A DNA stretch of 64,000 nt from Marsupella aquatica. Its lineage: Eukaryota > Plantae > Marchantiophyta. A program made the position numbers and the translations under genes. Every line of letters starts with the position of its first letter. Position 1 is the stretch's first letter. Below the pieces are notes generated by a model that did not search any database, was not told where the DNA came from, and saw nothing but the letters and a program-made list of their open reading frames with translations. This document shows, in pieces, positions 10,860-22,668 of this stretch. The DNA is taken from contig OZ316899.1 in assembly GCA_973895155.1 (NCBI GenBank), positions 3,369,455-3,433,454 of the forward strand, in the 5' to 3' direction.

Positions 10860-13292
10860 TTGGACCTTGGACCTTGGATCATTTGTGTTTTCTATTTGTT
10901 TTCGCTCAACTCGTCGGTGCTTGACATTGTTGCGGAGGAGTTTGCACGTGCAAAGGGAATGACGACTTCTTTGGCAGAAAATGACGTCGGATTACTTGCT
11001 CTGGCTACATTGAGGAAGCTCAAAGGTAATTCTGACCTACATTTCTCTCTTTTCTATGGATTGTGCTAAACTTGAGTCTGCTCTACACGAGAGTCGTGTA
11101 GAATGGGTCTCTTTCATTGACCCATACTCTCTTTTTGAGAGCCCTTATGTCAGAATTTAGAATTTCCTGTTTAGTTCTACGCGAGTCTCGCGTAGAATTG
11201 TTTCTCCAATCTTGGAAGACAATGGATTTCTATGCGACTGTCGTGTAGAAACTCAGGTTTTGTAGAGTGTTAAATACTCGTTTGGAGATAGTATCATTTG
11301 GAATCAAAACATCGTTCATGTGACTTTGTTCTTTCAACTTTTCTAGAGGAAGGCGCTCATCGCAAGGACAATTTTGAGAAGATTGAGGGATTGTTGCAAA
11401 AAAGTATTTCTGCTTTTGATATGAGTTTGATGGAGAATTCCATTCTCCAAAAAGTGGCGAAGGATGAAAAGGAAGCAATAGAATACGAGCGGGAGCAGAT
11501 GTTTGCAAAGTATTGATGGGCACAGATCCAACATTTGACTACTTGCGACGTAGCGGCAAAGTCCATGAAAGCTTCTCTTGAGATGGAGAAGTTTTGAGAT
11601 CGTCAAGTTCATGACTTGCGACAGGAACTGGCCGATGGCCGAGAGAGGGAAAGACAATTGGATACCAAAGTGCGATGGATTGAATTGGGAAAACAAAATT
11701 GTTGCCTTCATGGCCACATGTGTGCGCATACTTTGAGTTAGGGTTCTCTTATGTTTCTAGCGGATCGGATTGTTTTCTTAAATCTGGACAACGTTTTGAC
11801 TCCGAATGATGATGAGCTCAAATGGCTCATAAGACTATCTCCAGAGTTCTGATAGTCATTTTTTGCGGGACCGTTTACACACCAAAGAGGCCATTTTGTA
11901 AAGGATGTTTTGACATCATTTTGTTTATAATGAATCAACAGTTTGTCGGCTCACTTTATTCTCTATGCAAGTGTCATGCAGATGTTTGACATATTTCTCC
12001 TTGTCTTCTAGGAGTTTGCTCTGTTTTTTTCCATTTTGACAGGCTTTGGATTGAAACTCCAACGGTTGCAAAACTTGAGAATATTTTGGCGACTGTGAAT
12101 TCGTGGTCTTTTGAATTGCAACCAGTCAAAGACAACTACCGTTTGATTGTGAGGGGAATTAAAAAAGAAAATGGGCGAAGAAACTTTGTGAGTTTTGGCA
12201 CTCTCGCAGATTGTACGAGATTTGCGTCCCCAAAGGACAACCCATCTCTTCTGCTGACATTGGAGTCTGAGAGTTCTTGGAATTTCAAGCAGATAGTTGC
12301 TCCACTTCATGGGTTTTGCTCAGCACATTGTCTTGAACCTTACAGCCAGGACACAAATGTTGTCTCATGCGGTTTCTTTGATCCTTTGGCGGACAGATGG
12401 CTCTCACCTGATCGGGTCTTTACGGCTGATGAAATAATTTTGGGGCTTGGACGGGTCTCCTATGTCATGAAGCAATCGGAATATTTTATCTCTCGGACAC
12501 GAGAGGTGGATCACATAATGCGGATGAAGATCCCAGACAATGACTGGAGGAGAAAGATGACTATTTCTCCGAATGTTGTGTTCATGAAATACTTCAGTGA
12601 GACAAGGTGGAGGAATGGATTTGAGGGCACCTAGTAATCCAAGACTTGGTACACCCAAAGAAGAAAGAAGCTGGTGGAAAAGAGATTGACGATGATGATG
12701 GGGAGGGAAAGGACGAGGATGACTCGTCCGCCTCTGGAGAGAGCAAGTCCCATGAAACGATATCAGTGTATGAGTCAGAAAATGAGGATGACGGAGAGGA
12801 GGGAAGTGTCCAAGAAGAGAGCAAGAAGACTTTTCAGAATCGGGCGGGGTCAGAGAATGAGTCAGAGTCAACAAGTTTAGAAGGTGGAGTTGAACCAACC
12901 AACGATGATGTTGAGAGTGGAGAAATTCAACAAAATGAGGTCATCCCCCCAGCAAAGCCTCCAACAGAGAAGCGATACGCAAAGACTTCAAAGGGAGTTT
13001 TGCCCAGGAACCGGAGATCAAGATGTTGAAGCAAAAGGGAGTCGTAAAAGATCCTGCACCAAAGGGAAAGAAAAAAGCAAAACTTGATGTTGAATCAGTA
13101 GTTGTGGAATCAAGGGCAAAGCCTCCTAAGCAAAGGGGAACGACCATAGAGTCGGCTGAAATTGTTGTGAAAACTCCCATGGTCAGAGCCGTGGAGAAGA
13201 AGGCCCCAAACGTTGAGAAGAAGGTTGTCATCACCTCTCAAGCTGTCGTTTGCAAGCCCAAGAAGGCAAAGAAAAATCAGGAAGCTGTGGAT
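10860..13292 (+). pseudogene. Degenerate, probably multi-exon coding region of unknown function (coiled-coil, acidic and Lys-rich segments)
   Basis: Successive + strand coding-like pieces at 10860-11030, 11298-11700 (with stops), 12086-12634, 12646-13029 (D/E/S-rich) and 13023-13292 (K-rich). The last is cut by the CACTA end. No family recognised. Confidence 0.4.
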
Positions 13293-13324
13293 CACTAGTA
13301 CATTTTTGGGCCTTTATCTGATGC

Positions 13325-13870
13325 CATCTCCATCGGATCCCTTCACGGAAGTTGCACACTAAATTTGGTACTTCCGATGTAACCCGCTTCGTATATTCCC
13401 ATTCTCCACATATCGGACACCGACCATCGGACAACCTTTGGACTTTCCGTTTCTCTCTACATCGGTATTTCCAAAGCAAACCATTTCGGACTATTTTGTA
13501 TCTGATGCAAAGAGAGTCGGATATCCACTTGGGTGACCTTAATCGCAAAACTTGGCGTCCGATACATATCATATCGGAATTTTTGTTACCTAGAGCTTTG
13601 CAATGTGCGTAATTTATAGCATCGGAGTTTCCGATGCGTTTAGTATCGCAACATCCGTTGGATTACAGATCGAAAGGTCCAATGTTGCATGTATCGGACA
13701 ATCCAATTGTTTTTATATTGGATGATCCAAAGTGGTCGGTATCGGACATTGGATTTTTGTCATGCTTGCTGGACGAGGGGTCCGATGCGTTTAGTATAGG
13801 ACTTTTCGAAGAGCAGAGTATCGGATGTCCCGATACTGAAAGCATGGGATAATTAGGTGTTTTTCCGATG
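13325..13870. repeat. CACTA subterminal repeat array (ATCGGA/TCCGAT in both orientations)
   Basis: Roughly 20 copies in direct and inverted orientation. Further clusters at about 15345-15500 and 16625-16860. Confidence 0.75.
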
Positions 13871-14352
13871 TATATTGCATTGGACTAGTAACGGACAAGG
13901 GTGATTCTTTCTTGATAGAAGAGTGGGCCTCATGGGGTTGGTATTTGAGGGTTTAGGGTTAGTTTCATGGTGAAATGGGCCAAATTGGGTTAAATTATGA
14001 TTGATGCAAAAGAATGTTATATGTACAAGCTCAAAATGTCATATTCAAAAAGGGAAACCCCCTGGTATGTACAATATGTAGTAGCCTAGGTAGCTTACTA
14101 TACTAGATGGTACATATATATGCTAGTATAAAAGCTACCATGCACTACATATCTAGCTCATGCCACTAAGCTCTAAAAAGGTGTGTTGCATCCCTTCTTC
14201 TTCTTCGGGCAAGAACGAGGGGGTGGTACAGGTCCAGGAACACAAGACCCCTCCTCTCTCTGGCTGCCCAGAACCGTGGCAACCACCTGCTCACCAGTGG
14301 GTTGGCCTGATGCTGGCCGGGACCCTGACCCACTAGATGCACCGCTAGGATG

Positions 14353-16574
14353 CTAAGGTGCAACAGATGCCTCTAAACCCCCTGACACGGCAGAGTGGAA
14401 GGAGCCATCTCCCCCTCCGGTAGACCTGTGAGAGTGATGGGATGCATCCCCTACAGATGCTGTCTGTGGCCCATGCCATGCGGTACTCCCACCAGACTCA
14501 CGTGATGGCGCTCGCCCCCTAGAGCCACCATCCTCCATGTCACGACCCACTCGTCGAGAAGAGTCAGGTGTACCGGATAGTACTCCAGAGCGATGGCCTG
14601 GTCCCGCGCCACCTCTACTACCCCCTGAGGGGCCGGGCCTCGCACTCCGTGACACTCCCGACTGATGGGAGGCCACACCATGAACACCATGTGACCTACC
14701 CCTCTGTGCTGATGTGGGGGCAACATGAGGGACTGCAGGGGTAGGGGTAACTCGGGGCACCCTCCCCGATCGCTTTGCCGCACCCTCTAAGGGCACAGAC
14801 GCCTCAGAGTCATCTCCCTCCTCTCCCTCGCCATCCTCTCCTTCTTCACCATCACCCTCCTCCTCACCCTCACCCTCCTCTCCCTCACCCTCCTCACCCT
14901 CACCCTCCTCTCCCTCATCAGACCCTGTCTCCTCATCCTGCACAATACATAAGTAGGGTTAAATTGCATTTGAAAACATAGTTCCTTGAAAGCTCTCTAA
15001 TATTGACCACAACCAAAAACAATTTGAACCTATATAGGGCCAATTCAACACCAATTACCTCTCCCAGCTCCTCCTCAAGGTGGAGCTTAAGAGCTCGGGG
15101 TCCATCCCTCTTTGCTAACTCCCTCTCTGATGGCCCAATAGGTCGACCCCAGTCCCGCTCCTGACACATCACAATACCAAACGAGAAACCCATTAGCATG
15201 AAAACTAGTCTTTGCATCGGCCCAACTTTTCCCAATTCTTGTAAGGGGTCCCATGCCTTCTTAGGGTACTGAAGAATGCAAACCCATACCCCTAATTGAG
15301 TGAAAGAGCAACATTTTAAAAAACCCGTTGTTCTTACGAGGGGTCCGATGCTGTTTCCGATACGTAAAGCAACGGAATAGTATCGGATCCCGGTAACCTA
15401 AATGGCATAACAACAGGTCCAATACTAGGTCCGATGCTAAAAGCTTCGGATGAGTATCGGACAGAACAGTCCCGAGAGCAAAAAACATCGGGCTGAAACG
15501 GCATAAAGGCATTCGGCAGCAGAAATTGAGTCACTCTTCGCAAGAGAAGGTCAGGTGGTCGGGGGAGGAGCTAGGGAGGAGGGAGAAGGCACTTACGAAC
15601 TCTGCTTTCAGTCGATTGGAGCCTCCTTGCCCCATGCGGTGAGTGACGATGGGCCGCCCTTGGACTCGCTCCAATGCTTTGATGATGTCCTTGGGTGGCT
15701 CTTTTAATCGTACTTCTTGAGCTCCCCACTGCCGTAGGTTCTGTTGGAGGGGGAGGATGTCAATTTCCTCCCCAGCCTTCCGCTTCTCCTCTGCCAAGCT
15801 GATTTCGTGGTCCCATTGTCTCTTTTTTTGCCAGGCTCGGATTGCTAATTCCTCCTCAAGCCAAGCTGCCCACTCATCTGGGGAGAGCACATCTGGACAA
15901 CCCTGCTCCCTGACCACCTCTGAATCAATTGGCAAATCAGCAAGGTACTTCTTGAACTTCTCTCTCTGATGATTTCGCATGTCTGAAAGTGAAGCTGATA
16001 TCCTCTTATTCAAGAACCTGTCATCAAGGGAGGCCCCATTCCTGAATCGCTCCTTCACTTGCTCTCGAATTCGACCTTTCTCCTCCTCAGTCTTCCTTCC
16101 CCAGTAATCTAATGGCCCCAAATTGGCCTTCACCACCTGCTTGAACTGGCTGCGGAAGAGATTGTATCCTCTTGGCATTGGGGAGCCACCTGAGTTTAGG
16201 GCTAGCTCAGGCCTCAGAGGTCTCTCAGCTTCCTTTCGCTTTAACTCCTCCACTCTCTTCTTCTCAGCCTCCTTAGCTGCCTTGCGAAGCTTCCTCTCTC
16301 TTTTTTGGGGAGAGAGGGATTCCTCACCATCTTCCCTGCCTCTCTTTGCCTCCTTTTGCTTCTTCTTTGCAGCTTTCTCTGCAGCAATGGTTGTAGCCGC
16401 AGCTTTCTCTGCCTCAATCCTGGATCCATCAATCAAGGTCTGAAGAAGTGGCACAACTCTCTCTGCATCCTCAACACTTAGCCTTGCCCTACTCATAAAA
16501 ATCTCCCTCATAATCTCATCATAAGGCCGAGAGGGTCCAGCCCCGTCCCCACCACCTGATCCTCCTCCCACCAT
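14353..16574 (-). CDS. Three-exon TnpA-like (Ptta/En/Spm, Transposase_24-like) protein, about 554 aa
   Basis: Exons 16574-15597, 15160-15059 and 14937-14353 join in phase 0 through GT..AG introns without stops (...VTHRMGQGGSNRLKAEF|ERDWGRPIG...EELGE|DEETGSD...). The H-x-x-G motif followed by E-x-x-W-G-R resembles Transposase_24. Confidence 0.65.
14815..14935 (-). repeat. Coding GA-rich 15-bp-type repeat (Glu/Gly acidic tract)
   Basis: Encodes EEGEGEEGEGEEGEGEEEGDGEEGEDGEGEEGD in exon 3. Confidence 0.85.
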
Positions 16575-17914
16575 GTCTCTCTCCTTGCCCACCAACGTCT
16601 ACCTGAGCCTCCCGGCCTCGCAAAACACGGAATGCAAAGCTTGGCCCGATGCCCGGATCTTCGCATCCGCATCGGGACTTATTTTTTGAAAACAGGTCTG
16701 TAGTTTCCGATACTTTATGCAACGCAATGTCCGAAGCCGAAAGAATCGGACCTACAATTGGACCTTCCGATGCGTTTTGCTTTGGACCCCTCCTTGCTTT
16801 TCTTTCTCCTGCTTTTACGATGCTGCTTTCATTTGTTTTAGTATCGGACCCCTCGATCAGCTATAACGGATTCCATGTTTTGGTCCCATAGGAGGTCAAA
16901 TCTATTTACTTTGGGTTTAGTTTGGGTGTTTGGGTTTGTATGTGGAGCATGGAATTAAGTAATTGGGTGGGGTAATAGAAGGGAAGGTTGTAGTCACTTT
17001 TTTGTGGTTGTTTTGAATATATCCGTTTTTTTAGGTAACACCATGAACGGGATGGCATATTGTGTATATGTTACCCGGCCTCTTGCAAGTTCCTTCTTCG
17101 CAACTACAATTTTGGGGTTAGTTCATGACTTTGTATTTCCTAAGATAACTAAAATATGGTTGTGATTGCATGCTTAATTTATTGCACCCTAAATTTATAA
17201 AGCTAAGTTGTATAGTAATGTAATTATAGGGCCTTAACTTGCTCAACATTGAGTGATGGATGCAAGGATAAGTCAAGGTGTTTTGGCTAGTAAGTGGTAC
17301 CTAGATTTACTCTTTTACTATAATTGATCCCAATTCTCTTTGAAGGACTTTAGGGCTTTGAGGGGTTTTGGGATTTATTGGTATAGGGTTTTAATACATA
17401 GGATATTGTTAGACATTTTTTGAGGATAATGTCAAGCCTTCGTTACACTAATGGTTGTGATTGGATTTTATGTGCAGTACCTAGGTTTTGATCGAGGGGT
17501 AGCTAGGTTTGTTTTTTTTGGGTTGAGGGGGGTAGCTAGGTAGGGTTTTGTTCTTGGACAATGCACTATGCACAGTGTGAGACCGCGCATCCATGAGGTA
17601 TGATGTAATTCCCCGGCCCATCCATCCATTTTGGATTGGAACATTGAGGTCTGCTTTGGCAAGTTTGATATATCGTGTGCCAAAAGTCAGTCAAGTACTT
17701 TTTTGCATTTATGCAGCATTTGTGTAACTCATCTCCACCCTACAGAGATTTTGGATATCCCACACCTTGTGTGTAGAGAATACAGCCCAGTAGGCACGGC
17801 AAAGCGCAGGTATCATTGAGGTAGGGCAATTGATGTTTATATATCTCTTTAATTGTGGTTTTAAACATGATAAGTTGTTGAATCCGCCTTACATGTTGGA
17901 TGTGTATGATATGT

Positions 17915-19240
17915 AGATGTCTACATCCGATAGTTCCACGTCGGATTCAGATTCAGACACGACCGACCTCCTCCCGTGGTGTCATTTTCTTAGAGGCTCC
18001 TCGTCCTCCACCTCCTCAAGTGGTGCAGTGATCGGCATCCGCTCCTGTATAGGCAACACCGGTGCAAAAGATTGGCTTCTTGCATATCGGCAAAGTAATT
18101 GCAGATGGTACCCTAGTCTGGATACCGCTCCCTCCCCAATGCTCTGCTTCTCTTCATTTAATGCCTTCTTCAACTGCATTAAGAGATAGCCGTTGTAGTC
18201 TCGGCTTGCATCGATATTCTCCACCAAAAATACCTGGGCTTTGCCGACTTTTGCTCTCGGCAAGGTACAATGCAACGTGACTCTCAGGAAATCAATCAGA
18301 TGTCCTATATGCGGGTTGGTACATTGATTCCTGAAAAACCCATTCTTAGTGGAAGGCCCTGGAAATGATCTGAACTGGTCATCCGACAACGTCTTCCTTT
18401 GCTCCACCTTAGTCTTCCTTCCTGTTGGTAAAGCGAAGACGGCTTTGATAAACGCAGGTGTTAGTTGGAACACCTTTCCATACAGTAGCGTCGTGTTGGA
18501 AGAAGCCTCCCAGCATCCCACAAAGTCCAACAGATCCTCATCTGGTATGTCTACCATCCTCCAGGACAACCTGACAAAGCCCTCCAACCCAGTGTCATTC
18601 ATATATCCTGCATATTTATTATCCTGAACGGCACTGAAGACCTCATCCTCATCTCTTGCGAACTGTAATTGTAAATCGGCAGGTAACCTGTTTGCCCACC
18701 CTGTCATGGTTTTATCCTCTACAGCCCGATCTCTAACTGGCCCGGATTCCATCTTGATTGGTCTCTCCGACCTAGTTCGCTTTGCTGGAGTGGCGGATGC
18801 CAAACCTCCGTTGCGCTTCATCTCTTCAGCGCCTGAATACTCCCCAAGAATGGCTTCCTTTGTCCACTTTGCAGTGTGACCCTTCAATTCCCAAAGTGGC
18901 TGCCCTGCGTTCTTGATTGCCTCCCTAATCCCCATGACCTTATTCTCCCGGATCAGCAATTCGTCAAGCTCCGCACTGGTGGGTGTCCACGAGAACTTTT
19001 CCAACACCTCCTCCGTATCTACGAATGTCATTTTGTGAATTCCCACAATCGCGCAAGCTCCGCTTGTTCTCTGGTTGCGCGCTCCGGCTCAACGTCTTCA
19101 TACATAGGTATCAGCTGCCTTGCTTCTTCAAGCAAACAGCCCCAAAACTTCCCTGCCTGATTCACCGTGTTCATTCCACCGAATGCCAAGAACTTGCGCA
19201 ATCTCCCAATCCACCTTAGCACTCGACTGACAGTCGCTCC
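17915..19240 (-). pseudogene. Fragment of a diverged family-A-like LTR (A') with a homologous LTR ORF
   Basis: 19028-19222 gives MNTVNQAGKFWGCLL, then a frameshift into 17982-19046 (LPADLQLQFA...RLSW...DFVGCWEASSN...VFALPTG...SFPGPSTKNGFFRNQC). Clearly homologous to, but more distant from, the A ORF. Boundaries approximate. Confidence 0.8.
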
Positions 19241-19924
19241 TCAATGTCAAAACCGTATACACAAGAATGCAAAATGGCAGAGTATTGGTCACCTTACTCT
19301 AAAGCCGCCACTTTGGGGTCCTTGTGATCAAGCATGGATTAGGTCATAACTCCAATCCGCTGGATCTTAACCGTTGGATCCTGTGATGCCTAGCCAGGAA
19401 TCACTAAGCCCGGTTTACATGGTAAAGCAGGAGTGTACCCGGGAAACACCTTAGTATAGGACCAAAAACAAGGAAAATATAAACAATTAAGGGTGACTAT
19501 GGAACCCGGGCCGAGGCCGGAAGTAAGGACGCCGGGGGAGAGAACACGATTAGGGTTAGGGCGCGTGTGACGCCGCCGGTACGGCGGTTAATGAGTGATT
19601 CGGTCTAACTGCGCTCGGCACGCGCGTTAGGAGTGTCTTAGACCGCTATTATTAGCATAACGACAGTATTTAGGTAATCATTATGGGTAGGATATCATTA
19701 GGCAATAAGGGGGAATTCAGGTTCGGACTGGCGGCTGGTCGCTATTCGCACACCCGGGTTACGAGCGTGGAGGGGCCCCTCCCTCGGGTCCGTATAACGA
19801 ACTTAAGGAAGCGGCCACTGACACGCGCTGACTCAGACCGGCGGAGTGGCCGGCACACCACAAGCGTGAACGGTTCAGCCTATGGGCGTCGAGGAGACGT
19901 CGGGGGATCGACAAGCGCTCAAGG

Positions 19925-19930
19925 TATAAA
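19925..19930 (+). promoter_or_regulatory. Putative TATA box for the family-B LTR ORF
   Basis: GGTATAAAAGG about 100 nt upstream of ATG 20033, conserved in both minus-strand B copies. Confidence 0.5.
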
Positions 19931-20032
19931 AGGGGAGCCAACCCTTTGTAGTGCACCAGTCCATCAGTCCACGCGCCAGCTTCGACCCCAGCTCTCTCGT
20001 TCGCTCTAAGTCACCACTACTATCTCCTCTGA

Positions 20033-22668
20033 ATGTCGCACACGATCCTCTCCAGCTCGGCCATTCGATTCTGGACGCAGTTCCTATCTACCGGAAGGCA
20101 CTTGGCCGACTCATTGAAACACGCCAACCCGCGCCGATACAAAATCGAACGCGAGTACGAGCGAGCCATCTGCCTAGCAGGACGACACCACTACATCCTT
20201 AACTTTGACTACCCGTCTCAGAGCGAGCTTTACCGACCAGCAGAGGTATCCGGGTACTTCTTCAACGGAGACAAATATATCGGGTTCTGGGAAGCATTGC
20301 TTCGGCTTCCGGACGAGGTCTTCAATATCCCGGGTACGATCGACTTGCAACGACATCACTTCGACCACATCCCTGCTCAGGTTCGGGCTATCATCAACAG
20401 CGAGTCCAGCACTACCCGTTCGACAAGGTCGTCTGCCCTCGCTTCGGAGAACTTCTACCAGCACCTACAGAGCTTCATAGGAGCTCGGCCAACAACCAAC
20501 ATGACCAACTCAGTTGTACCCGTACCCGTACCCGTACAACCTCAGGCTCAGCTTCAGCTTCAGCCTCAGCCGCAGCCTAGCCAAACCCCACCACCGATCG
20601 CCCAGCCAGCACAAGTACGCTCCGTCATCAATGCTGTGGATCTTAGCAATGACGACGAGGCTACCCTACCCTTGACCAGGCGGCCCAGAGGAACAAGCGC
20701 TTAGGGGGCCGATACTATATCGTCCCCACCCCCTGCTCTGATCCCAGGAGTGGCCCCGACAGACAACATGGTGACCGTGGCCGACCCGGGCCCGTTACTA
20801 ACGGCAGTAGCACTACCCAGGCCCGATCGGGAGGATGGGGATGTGTCACCTTCCCCAAGCCAGTCACGGGGGAAGAAGAGGAAGGAATCCGCCACTGCAT
20901 CCGGGTTACCATTGGCCACGGTAGCCGTGGCCAAGGTGACGATGCACCGCATGGGGGAAAACGTTCACAAAAACATCCTCCATCCCAAGCATGCGGTGTA
21001 CCTGAAGACTCAGGGATTCGAGCACCTCGCCTCCCTCCCCTAGAACACTTGCAGGTACTACGGGGAGGACATGACGGAGTTCGTCAGGAATTATGACGAC
21101 GCACGTCAACATACTCGGCTACGGGGAAGGAGTATGTCCCTCACGGAAGAATGGCTCAGGATGATCTTCGGGTTACCCGAAGGTGACCATCGAGTCGAAT
21201 CACGGGCTCCCGGGGGCAAGGGAGCCAAGTACCAATCTTCAAGTTTTCCCTCAGAGGGAGCAGTGGACAACGGGTTCGTGATGAAAACCTGCCTCATCCC
21301 CGAGATAGCTGAGCGACTGGAGTTCCAGAGGTACGGCCTCCACATGATGGAACCCCGGGGGGAGATCTCCGCCGTCCAGGTTATCCAGGTCGAGAACTAT
21401 CGACCTAGGAGGTGGGCGTCGTACTTTGCTAAGAAATTCCATGAAGAGATGGAGCGGCGAAGGAAGACGTTGTACATTGGCGGGAAGGCGTATTTCGCTA
21501 GCCACATCGAGATCATTCTTGAGTGGTACGCCCGGTTTGATCGACAAACCCTTCCCCGTGTCAACGTTACAAAGCTGGTCCCAGCTAGGTGGGTTTTCCC
21601 GGCCTTGGAGAGACGGCCCCAGCCCGAGGCCCGAAGTCCAGCGGACACGCCAGCTTCACCCACCCCACCTCCACGAGTAGCTGTAGTCGTAACCGAGGAG
21701 GTACCGGATGGGTCGGGTGTCGCAACCGTTGATGCGACCCAACAGGCCGGGCTAAGTACAGAAGTCGGTACGACGGAGGTCTTACCCGAGCCCGGTTCTC
21801 CCAAAGACCCAACGGTGGCTATTCCGAAGAACCGGACATTGCTACAGGAGGACGCTCCAGCCCCTTCCAACGTTACGTCCCCAGGGCTGGACGTCACTCC
21901 CCGGCCCCCGCGCGTGTGGACGTCTGCCCGTGCCCAACTCCGAACAGACACAACCTGGACCACCCGGAACTCTTCCTACCGGGTACATTTCTGAACGGGC
22001 TTCTGGGAGATTTCTCTCATCAAATTGCCCGGGATACCGGGGAGTTCATGGCCCAGAAGGTAGCCTGTTTCTTCAATCAGGAGTTGGTTGCTGCAGTAAA
22101 GGCAGGTCGGGCCCAGTCAGAGGCCCTTCAGAGGATAGAGCGGTACCGGGTGGAGTCCGTGTACCTAAAGAACGAAGTTGTGGCTCAAGAGGCTGAGCTT
22201 CTACAACTACGACCCAAGGTTGCAGCCGCCGATGAGTTGTTAGCAAAGGCGCACGCTCTTACCGCCCTACCCGAACAGGCCAAAGCTGGGAACGAAGCCG
22301 AGATTACACCACTCCGGAACCAGATTGACAGTTTGAAGAATCAAACTGTCACCTGGCAGAAAGACCTGGAGGAGGCCGAGGAACGGGCCCAGCGGGACAC
22401 GGCGGAGATAGCCACGCTGCAGGCCGAGATGGCGCGGCTCCAAACCGAGGCCGAGAAGCAGGACCAGCTGGCGGGTAAATTGACAAGTGACGCCCAGCAG
22501 TTGGAGGAGGCTTGTCAGGAGGCAGCGGAGGAGACGGACGCGGCGAGGCGAGAGAACGAATCTCTGCTGGACCAGGTCCAGCTCCTCAAGGCGGACAATG
22601 ACAGGCTTCGAAGGCAACGGGATGGCCGCTCCCATTCAGGTGGCTCTGGCAAGCGTGCCAGGCATTAG
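20033..22668 (+). pseudogene. Family-B LTR-encoded PMD-like/coiled-coil protein (consensus about 880 aa; TAGs at 20702 and 21041, 1-nt deletion near 21905)
   Basis: Lesions here are absent in the other B copies (CAG, TGG, intact frame). Core LPW...EFVRNYD...LTEEWLRMIFGLPEG...NGF...TC..P, RGKKRK motif, C-terminal heptad region. Confidence 0.8.

Larger units (their letters stand above)
13293..17000. mobile_element. CACTA (En/Spm) element, left end and internal part; right end not found in window
   Basis: Terminus CACTAGTACA at 13293 creates the stop of ORF 13023-13298 (candidate 3-bp TSD GAT). Dense ATCGG/CCGAT subterminal-type repeats follow, and it contains a Ptta/En/Spm-like gene. The right boundary is approximate. 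Confidence 0.7.

Noticed and set aside
10521-10924. ORFs with SLSLSL or RERERE tracts (also 31409-31719, 33088-33306, 44202-44472, 45841-46059)
   Set aside because: Translations of CT/GA microsatellites.
13881-13890. TGGACTAGTA as the right TIR of a 600-bp non-autonomous CACTA
   Set aside because: Two mismatches to the left TIR including the terminal base, and no GAT TSD. Not excluded, but unsupported.
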